This document shows, one piece after another, positions 1 to 10,904 of a DNA stretch of 64,000 nt. A program made the position numbers and the translations under genes. Numbering within the stretch: position 1 is the stretch's first letter; each line of letters begins with the position of its first letter. Source of the DNA: a virus; the IMG/VR virus record IMGVR_UViG_3300032286_000547, positions 32,001 through 96,000 of that record; one strand, written 5' to 3'. The notes under the pieces were generated by a model that was not told where the DNA came from, did no database searches, and worked only from the letters and a program-made list of their open reading frames with translations.

Positions 1-1
1 T

Positions 2-3000
2 GGTCAAATCAAATACACAGATGATACAATTGATAAACTTGTATATGCTGCGTCTAAGATTAGAAACTATGACTCACGTATGCCAGAACTGGCTAACTCT
101 CTTATAGAATCAAATGTAGATGCACAAGGTTTCTTAAATGCTATATTGGAGAAAGAAGGATCTAGCGTTGATGACATTAAAAGTACATTAGCATACATCG
201 ATCAATTAGATGTTACAGATGATGTAAAGAGTGATCTTAAAAACAGTTTATATGATCTTGCAGAACTTTCTTTGAGAAGAAAGGAAATGATTGATCAGTA
301 TAATGATATTTTAAATAAACCACAAAACTATAAAGAAGCAGAGGAAGTTGATGATATTGTTGATGAAGAATTTCCAATGTCTGAAACAGAAGAACAAGTA
401 GAAGAAGAAGATGTTATACCAGAAGATGCGCAAGTAGTTAAAGTGAAGACCAAAGATGGTGAAAGAAGCTTAGAAGTTGGTGTAGACTATTTTGTTGGTA
501 AAGGTGTTGATTATGAGAAGGAAGGACTTAACTCTCCTGTTCCTATCTCTAAGCTTACTATTGTAGGAGAGAACGCAGATGGTACAATTAAAATTAGAAC
601 AGATAAAGGAGAGCTTAGAGACATCTCTAAGAAGGTGTTGGAAAACTATAAGCTTGGAAAGGTAACGTCCTTAAAAGCTAATAAGACAGCTAACTTCTTT
701 TACAATCATAGAAATGATCTTTACGAATATAACTTTGGTAAAAACTTTGGTGGAGTAAAACAAGGTAGACTTGAATTACAAGAGGGTAAGTTATACTTTG
801 TGTATTTGAATGAAGAAGGTAAGGTGGATAAGAAACAATTATTCAACTCACACTTTGTTGCACAAGAAGGATATGAGAAAGCTAGAGTTACTAAAGTGGG
901 TAATGTTACATCAGAAACTGCAGAACAAAAAGTATCTAGAGAAGATTTTACTTCTCCAGAAGAACTAGCTAAACAAAAACAAACTCTTGCTAAGAATAGA
1001 GAAGCAAGGTTAGAAGTGTTGTCTCAACTTGAGGTTGAAACAAATCAACGTTTAGAAGAGATTAACAAAAAGCTTTTATCTAAAACAGATGAATTAACTA
1101 AGATACAAGAAGACCTTGATGCTATAGCTAAACTTAAAGAAGATGGAGTTAAAGGACAAAAGGTAAAAGGTAATTTCTCAAAAGTGTTATCTACTAGTGT
1201 AAGAACACTAAATAGATATGCCAACATGAAAAAGAATGTTGACTTAGAGATTGCTAAACTTAAAGCTGAGCAAGAAGAGCTTGAGATGAATATCTCATAC
1301 TTCCAAGACTTTGCTAATAACTTAGATGATCTTCCTGAGAACACAGGTGAGTTCCTTAAAGAGTTAAGAGACCAAATTGGTTGGTTAACTGATCTTGGAA
1401 AACAAACTGCAGAATCTCTTTCAGCTTTAGAGAAACTAAGCAAACAAATTACTGATGCTATTAAAGATGTTGCTCGTCTATTGAAAAGTAGCTTGAATAC
1501 ATTTGATAGTGAATACTCTGATTATATAAGTGAAGCATTAGATAATATGATTGACTCTGAAGATCCTACAGTAGGATTGGCTATAGTTAAAGAATATCTT
1601 GCTGACTATGCATTAACAAATGATTTAGTTAAAGAAATCTCTATCAATGCTACTAAGTTAGAAGATGTTTCTGAACAAGCTAAAGAGATACAAGCAAAAC
1701 TTAATGAGCTTCGTAATGAATATAAAGCTAAGAAACTTATAGTAGATAGATTCCAAAAGATCTTTGATGAGTATAAGAAACAAAAAGCTGAAGAAGATAA
1801 ACTATATTCTAGTGATGCAATAGTTAATAAAGCATTGTCTACAGAAGATAAAGGAATGCCTTCTCGTGAATATAATAAAGAGTTTGAAGCTGATGCTAAA
1901 AAATCTAATGAGATAGTTCCTAGAGCAACTATTCCTGTAGAAGAAGGTGAACCTCATCAAATTAGAGCTAACACATTCGGTGCTAACATGAATTCATTTC
2001 CTAATAGAAATGATATTCGTGGTGTATACATTACATCTAAAAATCAAAACCAATTACTTCCAGGTGTTATAGAACGCATGTTAGGTAATGATGCTACCCT
2101 TATCAACAAGTATAAGAACAGCATGATTGTTTTAGTAATGGTTAATACTAATGGACAGTTGGTAGGTGTAGATGGACAACCTATTGCACCAGGAACTGAA
2201 CTATTAGATGCTGCTATCTATCAAGCTTTCCCTGAGAATAAAATGAGAGATGGTTCTTTATTTAGAGCTACCACTCCTCAGGATGTAAGAGATGCAATCA
2301 TTGTACAATATGATAAGTGGAGAGATGAAGTGCTGAAACAAACTACGGTGGGTGCAAAGCATGAGATAGAAGCTTCATTTGGTATTGTTGAAAATGTAAA
2401 AGATGCTAGTGGTAAGATTGTGTATAGCACAAGAACATCTGTTGCATCTGCAGGACTTATTACTCCTAGTCAATTAGAACGTTCTCAGTTGATATTCATT
2501 CCTAAAACTAACACTAGAGTTAGTAAAGGAACTGTATCATATGATAGTGCATTGGGTGCTGTGTTTCTTGAAACTCCTAATGGATATACAAAACTTCAAA
2601 ACAGACAACACACTGAAGCTGAGGCTAATGCTATCTTTGATGCTATGTTATTGTTTGCTAAAAACATGATCAATCCTGAAGAAGGAACAGATAGTGATAG
2701 CTCAAAACGTGCTTTAAGATTTTTACAAGGAACTACTTATTGGGGAATTCCTAGAAATCAAGATGGAACCAGAAAAGAGAAAGATGGATACAGTAGCTTA
2801 TTCTTTGAGAAGAGTGCTGAGACAGGTAGACTTACAATCATGATTGGTGGTAAGGATGTGGGTATTTTATTCACTCCATCTGCAATGAAACTTAATAAAG
2901 AAAGACTTGTTGCTGAGATAGGAAAAATCTATACAAATACAAACTCTGCTTTTGCTCAAGACTTGAATGAGAAGTTTGAACAAATTATTTCTATTTCTCC

Positions 3001-6000
3001 TGAGGGTGAAATCAATTCTCAAGTATGGGATAACTATCAATCATATTTATTATCAGATGTTAAGCCTGATGGATCTACAAGAAATGATTATGAACTTCCA
3101 TTGTCTACAACAGCAAGACCTTTAATTGCTGAAGGAGATGTAAATAGAAAAGGAATATATTTCTTCACTACAGATACAGCAGATAACTTTGTTGTGCCTG
3201 AACCTAAAAAGAATGTTGCTAAGGTGTTGACACCTGGAGCTCCTATAGCTAAGCCTTCTGCTTCAGATGACTTTGCAATGGAATTCACTTATGGTGAAGA
3301 AACTTCTATTTATAAATTAGATGGAACTACAACTAATACATACACTTCTCCTGAGGGTAAGAAAATATTATTTAGAGCTCCTGCTACAACAACACTTGAT
3401 AACTATGCTGAGTCTATTACTATTATGCAAGGTGGAGATCTTGCTGAGATAGTTAAGAAGATTGAAGATGCTGGTAAAGATCCAAAAGATATTATCAAGA
3501 AAACAGTCTATAATGCTATTGCTCAAGACTTAACTAAAGTGGCTGCTGAGCAAGAAATGGAATTTGAGTTTACAATGCCTGAGGATGTTATTGAACAAGC
3601 TCAAGAAGAAGCTGGTAAACCTTTAGATCAAGATGTAATAGATGCTATCAACTCAATGATTGATGATGGTAATGATGAAGCACATCGTGTTGCAGTTGAA
3701 TCAGAAGTTAACATGTTTGAACCTGAGAACTGGAATGATGTAGAAACTTGGTTGAAAGCTAACTTCCCTAACCTTCCTGTATACAGAGTTAAGAATATTA
3801 TTCAAGCTACTAATGGTAGACAAGCTTGGGGTATGCTTAAAGATGGTGCTATCTACTTGTATGAAAATGCTGAAGTGGGTACTGCATATCATGAGGTGTT
3901 TGAAGCTGTATGGAAAATGTTTACAGATGTTACTGAGCAAGAAGCTATTCGTAAAGAATTTACTTCTCGTAAAGGAACATTCGTAGATAGACCTACAGGT
4001 AAAACAATCAAATACTCTGAAGCTACACCAGAGCAAGCTAAAGAACAATTAGCTGAAGAGTTCAGAGAATATATTATGACAGGTAAAGTTCCTGTTAAAC
4101 CAAGTGCAGGAAGACCATTTATAGTTAAATTGTTTGCTGACATTGCATCATTCTTTAAACAGTTCTTCTTTGGTAAGACTGCAGTTAATAACACTGAGGA
4201 GTTATTCAAAAGAATAGGTAATGGTTATTACAAAAAGAACATGCCATATGCTACACAGCTATCTATGGCTAAAGAAGGTATTATTGATATAGAAGATGCA
4301 TTTGCTGATTCTGAATCAGAGTTTAGACTTACCACAATTAGTGATAAGGAAGGAGCTGATATCATTCAACATATGACCTATCTAACTCTTACCAATTTGA
4401 TTGGTACAGATAGAAGTCTTTTCACACGTGATTCTATTCCTTCTTCAGAATTATATTCTGGTTTAAAGGCACAGATATTACAAACCATTAACCAAAAGAA
4501 TATTGCTGCTAATAAACTTTTAGAGAATGAAGAGTATCTTAAAGATAACAGAGAAGAAAAAACTAGATTGTTAAAACAAGCAATTGTTAAGAACACTGTA
4601 TTCATGCAGAATGTTTCTAGTGAGTGGCCTGTTATTGTTGAGAGACATAAAGAGTATTTAAGAGGATATCAAATTGAATTCGATGAGAATGATAACGTTG
4701 CTATAAATGATATTGAGAAAAGTAAAGATGAAGGATTTGGTGATGCTTCTAAAATAGATAGCTTCAAGAAAGCTAATCCTGCAATCAAACTTTTACTTTC
4801 TACTATACCTGTAGTTAATCCTAACAATCCTAGTAAGTTACAACCATCTAGTATTGGAGGAGCTATATTAATTCCTACAAGTAAAACATACATCAGCTTA
4901 ATGAGTAACCTACATGATGCTTCAAGTATTGAAGACATGTTAGAGAAACTACGTTTGATGGCAGAGAATGATCCTAACTATAGAACGTTATATAAACGTA
5001 TTACTAAGAGATCATTTGATGAAGAAGGTGTTGAGTTAGATAGAGTGGATACAACTCATGGATTACAATTGATTAGTGCATTATGGAGAACTTTTAAAAA
5101 ACAAAATCCTGAGGTTAAAAATGTATTCATTCTTGAGAATGGAGATGTTGTTGTTGGAGATGCTAGTCTTTCAAATGCTGCTAACCAATTAAGAAGTGAA
5201 TACATAAATAACATTGTTACTTACGCTAAAGGTAACAAAGGATTCTTTACATATGATGACAAGAAGAAAGTGTTTGTAGGTAATCAATCAAAGATCAAAG
5301 AGGTTAAGCTTGATAGCGTTACAGCAATGGTTGACTTCCTTAAGCAATTAGGAATACCATTCACTGCATCTGAAGTGATTAAACTTAAAGGAGAACAATT
5401 AACAATGTTTAAAGATGCTGTATCTGGTATCAAAACAAGTATATCACAAAACAAAGAGATTGCTACATTCTCTGGTAAAGTGTTAGACATTAGTAATCGT
5501 TTATTAGAACTTGGACTTGTAAAAGCTACAATATCTAATCCTGAATTCAACAGTACTTATTTCAATGTATCTGGTGAGCGTACTCAATCGTTCATTGGAA
5601 CTAATGCCGCATCTGATCTTTACACATTCTTATCTAAGATAAATAATATATCAGAGATTGCTGGTACTAAATATAGCTACTTATTAACTGACTCCTTTGC
5701 ACAGAACTCTAATCTTATGCAAAGAATGTTTGCAGCAGATGGTACTCGTAAAGCAAAGACAAGTGACTTGTTTAAAATAGGATATGTAAGTGGTACAATC
5801 AATGAATCAAATGGTAAACAAAAACCATCTTCTAAACTTACATTCCCAGAGCGTCTAACTCAAGAATTAAACTTAAACTTATCAGGAAGATACTTAAACT
5901 TAATTCCTGGTGATGCTTCTCTTGAATGGATGATTAATATGGGTAATCCTGTTTCTTCTGCTTCTATCTCTAGAGGTATGGGTGAAATCAATGAAATATT

Positions 6001-9000
6001 CAAAGGATACTTCTTATCTGAGTTAGCTCTATCTAGAGAAACAGATCGTCCAGTAGCTAAAGATAGAAATAGAAAAGACTTACGTTTCTTCAAATCTATT
6101 CTTGGTGAAGAATTACACAAAGAAATTATTTCTTCAAAAGAAGATGTAGAAGCAGTGTATGCTTTAAATGAAAACAAAATCAATGCTGCATTATTAAAAT
6201 ACATCAACTCTGAGACTTCTAAATACGGAAGCTACTTAAAGAGATTTGGTATTCTTCAAGAAGGTATGACAGGATTTACATTAAAGAATGTTAACCTACC
6301 TAAGAACATGTCTAGTGCTGAATTGAATAGACAACTATCTCTTCTTACAGTTAACTTCATGATCAATAATATAGAGATGCATAAACTATTATATGCAGAT
6401 CCATATCAGTATGATGATGAGTTAAAACGTATTAAGAGTTTCAACTCTCCACGTCAATCTATAATCAGTAATTCTCCTAAGATGAATACTGCATTCAGTG
6501 ATGTTTGGAACAGAGGGTATGAAAAAGGAGATATTGCATATACAGAATTTACACAAGACTATTTCCGTACAGCTACACATGAAGATGTTATAGGGATAAG
6601 TGATCTTCCTGGATATGGTGCTTATAAAGAAACAGATGGTTCTGGTATCATTGAAATGAAATCAAACCGTCAGTTTAGAATTAGAGCTGGTGAATGGAAT
6701 GAGAATGAAGAAAGACAATTCAAATATGACATAGCTTGGGAGAAAAGAGACAAAGGATTAAGTTTAAGTACTTACGAAGAGTTTTTACTTGATCAAGGAA
6801 ATCCTCAAGTTAATAGTGCTTACACTCCATTGAAACCAATTGTATCTGGAGCTAAGTTAGGATCTGATGGTCAACCTAAAAACATCAATGATGTTGTATT
6901 AGACAAGTATGCATTGTATCCATTATCATATCGTATAATGAAAGAACTTAATCCAGATTCTAATGCTGTTAAGTTGTATAATAAGATGCAAGCTGAGAAT
7001 ATAGATTACATTGTGTTCAAGTCTGCTAGAAAGGTTGGAGCTGAAGCACAACATTCTACATACGATAAACAAACAGGAGAATTCAATAATGCTCCATACG
7101 AAGGAATAATCAATGTACCATTCTCTATTATGAGTGTACAATCAGAAGTTCCTTCTAAAGCAGAAGCATTGGTAACTAGAGGATCTCAAGTAACTAAGTT
7201 ACTTACATTAGATTACTTAGCTGCTGGTGTACCTATTGACTTCTTCCCTGGAAAAGATTTTGATCAAAGATACAAAGCTTGGAACAAACTTAGTCCTACA
7301 CAACAGATTGAGAAATCTCCTATCTTCAAAGATATTAAAGATAACCAAGTGTTACTTAATGAAATCATGGAAGAAGGATTCAACACTCTTCTTAATACAT
7401 TAGGTATAGTGTATGCAGATGGTGAGTTTAAAGTGAAGTCATTTGAGAAAGCTGTTAAAACATTACGTAATGAAGTGTTGAAGAGAGAAGTTAATGATAA
7501 CATCAGTGATGCATTAACTGGATTCTTAGAAGGTAAATCAGTTCTAGAAGCTACACCTGCTGGACAACAAATCAAAAACATTTTATATTCTATTGCTGAT
7601 AGAGAGGTGATCTCTCCTAAGATCTCTGGTGGTATGAAGGTACAGATACCTTCTACATTATTAGAGAGTGTAAGAGCAAAAGAATCAGAAATCAATGGTA
7701 AGACAGGATTTACATCTGATACACTTAAGTTCTATGAGGATAAAGATGGTGGACGTGTGTGTGAAATCATGGTGGGTAGATGGTTCAAATCAGATATGTC
7801 TGATGCAGATCTTCTTGATTACCTAAACAATACACCAGAAGGACAAAGTATATTATCTGGATTAGCATTCCGTATTCCTACACAGAAACAAAACTCTATT
7901 GATAGCTTTGTTATCAAACAATTCTTACCAAAAGAATTTGGAGATTCTGTTGTTGTACCTGCTGCATTAGTAGAGAAGGTTGGATCGGATTTTGATATCG
8001 ATAAACTTTCAATCTATTTCAAGAATGTTTATGAAAATAAGAAAGGAGAAATTAAACTTGTTCCATTCTTAGGGTATGGTGAAAAAGCTAAGGCTAAGTT
8101 TGCAGAGATGTTTGATCAAGGTGAGTTCATCAATAAAGATGAGATGGCTAAGGTTGAAGCTTTCATAAAAGATAATCAACAACCTCTAACTGAAGAGTTA
8201 AGTGATAAGTTGATTGTTAGTATTTTTGGAGAAGCATTTGACACTGATCAAGCTTTGCTAGAAGACTATTTAGCAAACACTACTAAAGAAGAGTTCAAGT
8301 CTAGAATAGTTAATAAACTATACAAACAATCTCTTGAGAATGCATACATTCAATCTTCTCAAAACTTAGTGTCTCATCCATCTAACTTCAGTAAACTTAT
8401 AAAACCTAACTCAGCTGATCAATTAAAAAAACTTGGTAACTTTATTGCAGAGAAAACAGTAGGTCAATCATTTGATTATACAAATGTAGGAAACATGTTG
8501 GATAGAAGGTTTATGGCCAGATTAAGACATGCGTTTGTTACAGGTAAGTATGCTATTGGTATTGCTGCAGTGAATCAAACTAACCACTCTCTTAACCAAA
8601 GACAAGCTACTTATATAGATGATACAAGACTTAACAAATTAAGTAAAGAAGATCAGTTCTGGATAGGTGATGCTAAGGTGAAGTTTGAAAAATTCAATCA
8701 GATGACTATAGAAGGTAAAGGACTTGTTCCTTCACTATCTATGATTACAAATGCTGATGGTCAGGATATATCTGATATTCTAGGACAGTTCATTGATGGG
8801 TATGTAGATATCTCTGCAGGTCCATGGATCATGGAGCTTGGTGCTACACCAAATGTTGCTTCTACATTCATGTTCTTAGTTAAGATAGGTGTACCTATTG
8901 ATACTGTAGCTTATTTCATGAACCAACCTATCATCTATGACTACTTAAATAATATTGAGAATGCTGGATATAGCTGGTTGTTTATTGAGGATTTTGTAAA

Positions 9001-10894
9001 AGAAATTAAAAATAGTGAGAAATATGCAATTGCAAAAGATGCTAGTGTAGTTCCTGTTGATACAATCCCTGGTAAATCAGTATTGAAAGATAATGTAGGT
9101 AAAGACAAGTTTAATACACAAGAGAGAGCACAACAACAATTTATGCTTGATGAGTTCTTGAAGTATGCTAAGATGGGAGAACAATTGTTCTTAGTAACAC
9201 AAGGAAGTAACTATGACACTGCTACACTTAATGATCCATTATTGATATGGAAGAAGGATCAGCAATTAGCTAAAGCACAGAATACAGTTATTTCTTCTGT
9301 AGATGACATATTAGATAACTCTCATATTGGAAGTATTAGAACTAAAGCTGGTGAGATCAGACAAGCATTAGCAGAGATTCTTAAGTCAGATAAATCTAGA
9401 GTGAGAAGTGTGATACAAAAAGTGATGACTCCTTACATCAATATGAATGACAGAGACTTTGTTAAAACAGCACAGAAGGTACAGAATGATCTTTTTGACT
9501 GGGCTGTACAAAATGATCAGAAGTTTAATGATGAGCTTAGAACAGTGTTAATTGAAGATGGTGGATATGCTAAAGATATTCTAGACTTTGTAAACAGAGT
9601 TAAAAATAGTGTCAAAGGAGATCCTGAATTTCCTTTAAAAGATAATCATGTAATCAATATCATTGAGAGTGATCCATCTAAGAAAGCAAGTGCAAACACA
9701 CCTAATAATATTAAGGTGAAGGGATTAGATAATAAAGTGTACGATCAAAACAATATCATCTATGCATTTAGAGAAATAAGAGAACATTTGAATTCTCAGA
9801 ATAAAATAACTGGTGAGAACAATCAATTGTACAACAACCTTGTAACACTTGCTGTATTACAATCAGGACTTTCTAATTCTCCTATATCATTTACATCGGT
9901 TATACCTTATGAGGATTTTGAAAAAATCTATAACAAAACCTTGTCTAAATTAGAAAGTATTCCTAACTTAGACGACTTTTACAACATAGGTGTATTCCAA
10001 AGAAATAACTGGAGTAATGATGATGTGGTTCCTTATAAGAGAGCAGTGTGGATTGAATCAAAAGCTACAGGTAGAAGATCTTACAATCCATCAATGGCAT
10101 TCTTATCAGCTCCTGTAAAAGAAGCAGTTGCTGAAAATGTGATGCCACCTGTAATGACGCAATCTATAAATAGTAGAGAAGCTGTTTCTGATTTCATTGT
10201 TTACACATGGGAGAAGAGAGAAGATCTATTAACTGAAGAAGAAATGCAGGCATATAAAGATTCTGTTGCTCAAGCTGGACTAGAAGGCAAACGTGCACCT
10301 AAGTTATCAGATGTAATCAATGCTAAGAAAACAGAAATGCGTAAAGCTGGAAATTATTCTTTTATTAATAAAGGATTGTTCCAAAAAGTGAAAGATAAAT
10401 ATGGTGTACCATTAGTTACAACACAAAAGAGTGGAGACTACTTTGTTTACAAAGCTGTAAATGCTTGGGGTGATTCATATAGAGCTAATGAGTTCTATGA
10501 TGTTGATAAGAAATCTGTATTTGATAATGGGTTCATGCAAGTGGAAGATGTAGACAATGATGTAATCATCACTAAGTTCTTGGAGAAACCAGCTAGAAAC
10601 ACTGTTGAGAAAAAAGCAAGCGTTATTGAAGTGTATGATAGGATTGATGATGACGCATATTCATTATCATTACAATATGGTACTGGAAAATATGATATGG
10701 TGTTGAGTAGAGATGGTGAAGTTGTAAATCCAACATTTTATAACCCAAGTACTTTAAAAGATGTTGACGTAGATCCTAGTTTCTTTAAATTTTCAAAAGA
10801 AGATTTAGAAACTATATTCAAACAGTTAGACCAATCTGAAGATGAGTCTTGGAAAGAAGAAGACAATAATGATACATGTACACCTTTTTTATAA
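2..10894 (+). CDS. Virion-packaged DNA-dependent RNA polymerase polyprotein (crAss-like/phi14:2 gp66 type), 5'-truncated by the window edge
   Basis: The frame is open from base 2 (GQIKYTDDTIDKLVYAASKIRNYDSRMP...), upstream of the ORF-track start at 80. It contains RIPTQKQNS...FLP..GDSVVVP...GSDFDIDKL (DxDxD catalytic loop at 7988-8002), a TDG motif and a zincin-like YHEVFE segment. Length is over 3600 aa. Confidence 0.88.
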   Translation, partial: GQIKYTDDTIDKLVYAASKIRNYDSRMPELANSLIESNVDAQGFLNAILEKEGSSVDDIKSTLAYIDQLDVTDDVKSDLKNSLYDLAELSLRRKEMIDQYNDILNKPQNYKEAEEVDDIVDEEFPMSETEEQVEEEDVIPEDAQVVKVKTKDGERSLEVGVDYFVGKGVDYEKEGLNSPVPISKLTIVGENADGTIKIRTDKGELRDISKKVLENYKLGKVTSLKANKTANFFYNHRNDLYEYNFGKNFGGVKQGRLELQEGKLYFVYLNEEGKVDKKQLFNSHFVAQEGYEKARVTKVGNVTSETAEQKVSREDFTSPEELAKQKQTLAKNREARLEVLSQLEVETNQRLEEINKKLLSKTDELTKIQEDLDAIAKLKEDGVKGQKVKGNFSKVLSTSVRTLNRYANMKKNVDLEIAKLKAEQEELEMNISYFQDFANNLDDLPENTGEFLKELRDQIGWLTDLGKQTAESLSALEKLSKQITDAIKDVARLLKSSLNTFDSEYSDYISEALDNMIDSEDPTVGLAIVKEYLADYALTNDLVKEISINATKLEDVSEQAKEIQAKLNELRNEYKAKKLIVDRFQKIFDEYKKQKAEEDKLYSSDAIVNKALSTEDKGMPSREYNKEFEADAKKSNEIVPRATIPVEEGEPHQIRANTFGANMNSFPNRNDIRGVYITSKNQNQLLPGVIERMLGNDATLINKYKNSMIVLVMVNTNGQLVGVDGQPIAPGTELLDAAIYQAFPENKMRDGSLFRATTPQDVRDAIIVQYDKWRDEVLKQTTVGAKHEIEASFGIVENVKDASGKIVYSTRTSVASAGLITPSQLERSQLIFIPKTNTRVSKGTVSYDSALGAVFLETPNGYTKLQNRQHTEAEANAIFDAMLLFAKNMINPEEGTDSDSSKRALRFLQGTTYWGIPRNQDGTRKEKDGYSSLFFEKSAETGRLTIMIGGKDVGILFTPSAMKLNKERLVAEIGKIYTNTNSAFAQDLNEKFEQIISISPEGEINSQVWDNYQSYLLSDVKPDGSTRNDYELPLSTTARPLIAEGDVNRKGIYFFTTDTADNFVVPEPKKNVAKVLTPGAPIAKPSASDDFAMEFTYGEETSIYKLDGTTTNTYTSPEGKKILFRAPATTTLDNYAESITIMQGGDLAEIVKKIEDAGKDPKDIIKKTVYNAIAQDLTKVAAEQEMEFEFTMPEDVIEQAQEEAGKPLDQDVIDAINSMIDDGNDEAHRVAVESEVNMFEPENWNDVETWLKANFPNLPVYRVKNIIQATNGRQAWGMLKDGAIYLYENAEVGTAYHEVFEAVWKMFTDVTEQEAIRKEFTSRKGTFVDRPTGKTIKYSEATPEQAKEQLAEEFREYIMTGKVPVKPSAGRPFIVKLFADIASFFKQFFFGKTAVNNTEELFKRIGNGYYKKNMPYATQLSMAKEGIIDIEDAFADSESEFRLTTISDKEGADIIQHMTYLTLTNLIGTDRSLFTRDSIPSSELYSGLKAQILQTINQKNIAANKLLENEEYLKDNREEKTRLLKQAIVKNTVFMQNVSSEWPVIVERHKEYLRGYQIEFDENDNVAINDIEKSKDEGFGDASKIDSFKKANPAIKLLLSTIPVVNPNNPSKLQPSSIGGAILIPTSKTYISLMSNLHDASSIEDMLEKLRLMAENDPNYRTLYKRITKRSFDEEGVELDRVDTTHGLQLISALWRTFKKQNPEVKNVFILENGDVVVGDASLSNAANQLRSEYINNIVTYAKGNKGFFTYDDKKKVFVGNQSKIKEVKLDSVTAMVDFLKQLGIPFTASEVIKLKGEQLTMFKDAVSGIKTSISQNKEIATFSGKVLDISNRLLELGLVKATISNPEFNSTYFNVSGERTQSFIGTNAASDLYTFLSKINNISEIAGTKYSYLLTDSFAQNSNLMQRMFAADGTRKAKTSDLFKIGYVSGTINESNGKQKPSSKLTFPERLTQELNLNLSGRYLNLIPGDASLEWMINMGNPVSSASISRGMGEINEIFKGYFLSELALSRETDRPVAKDRNRKDLRFFKSILGEELHKEIISSKEDVEAVYALNENKINAALLKYINSETSKYGSYLKRFGILQEGMTGFTLKNVNLPKNMSSAELNRQLSLLTVNFMINNIEMHKLLYADPYQYDDELKRIKSFNSPRQSIISNSPKMNTAFSDVWNRGYEKGDIAYTEFTQDYFRTATHEDVIGISDLPGYGAYKETDGSGIIEMKSNRQFRIRAGEWNENEERQFKYDIAWEKRDKGLSLSTYEEFLLDQGNPQVNSAYTPLKPIVSGAKLGSDGQPKNINDVVLDKYALYPLSYRIMKELNPDSNAVKLYNKMQAENIDYIVFKSARKVGAEAQHSTYDKQTGEFNNAPYEGIINVPFSIMSVQSEVPSKAEALVTRGSQVTKLLTLDYLAAGVPIDFFPGKDFDQRYKAWNKLSPTQQIEKSPIFKDIKDNQVLLNEIMEEGFNTLLNTLGIVYADGEFKVKSFEKAVKTLRNEVLKREVNDNISDALTGFLEGKSVLEATPAGQQIKNILYSIADREVISPKISGGMKVQIPSTLLESVRAKESEINGKTGFTSDTLKFYEDKDGGRVCEIMVGRWFKSDMSDADLLDYLNNTPEGQSILSGLAFRIPTQKQNSIDSFVIKQFLPKEFGDSVVVPAALVEKVGSDFDIDKLSIYFKNVYENKKGEIKLVPFLGYGEKAKAKFAEMFDQGEFINKDEMAKVEAFIKDNQQPLTEELSDKLIVSIFGEAFDTDQALLEDYLANTTKEEFKSRIVNKLYKQSLENAYIQSSQNLVSHPSNFSKLIKPNSADQLKKLGNFIAEKTVGQSFDYTNVGNMLDRRFMARLRHAFVTGKYAIGIAAVNQTNHSLNQRQATYIDDTRLNKLSKEDQFWIGDAKVKFEKFNQMTIEGKGLVPSLSMITNADGQDISDILGQFIDGYVDISAGPWIMELGATPNVASTFMFLVKIGVPIDTVAYFMNQPIIYDYLNNIENAGYSWLFIEDFVKEIKNSEKYAIAKDASVVPVDTIPGKSVLKDNVGKDKFNTQERAQQQFMLDEFLKYAKMGEQLFLVTQGSNYDTATLNDPLLIWKKDQQLAKAQNTVISSVDDILDNSHIGSIRTKAGEIRQALAEILKSDKSRVRSVIQKVMTPYINMNDRDFVKTAQKVQNDLFDWAVQNDQKFNDELRTVLIEDGGYAKDILDFVNRVKNSVKGDPEFPLKDNHVINIIESDPSKKASANTPNNIKVKGLDNKVYDQNNIIYAFREIREHLNSQNKITGENNQLYNNLVTLAVLQSGLSNSPISFTSVIPYEDFEKIYNKTLSKLESIPNLDDFYNIGVFQRNNWSNDDVVPYKRAVWIESKATGRRSYNPSMAFLSAPVKEAVAENVMPPVMTQSINSREAVSDFIVYTWEKREDLLTEEEMQAYKDSVAQAGLEGKRAPKLSDVINAKKTEMRKAGNYSFINKGLFQKVKDKYGVPLVTTQKSGDYFVYKAVNAWGDSYRANEFYDVDKKSVFDNGFMQVEDVDNDVIITKFLEKPARNTVEKKASVIEVYDRIDDDAYSLSLQYGTGKYDMVLSRDGEVVNPTFYNPSTLKDVDVDPSFFKFSKEDLETIFKQLDQSEDESWKEEDNNDTCTPFL

Positions 10895-10904
10895 AAAATA
10901 AACC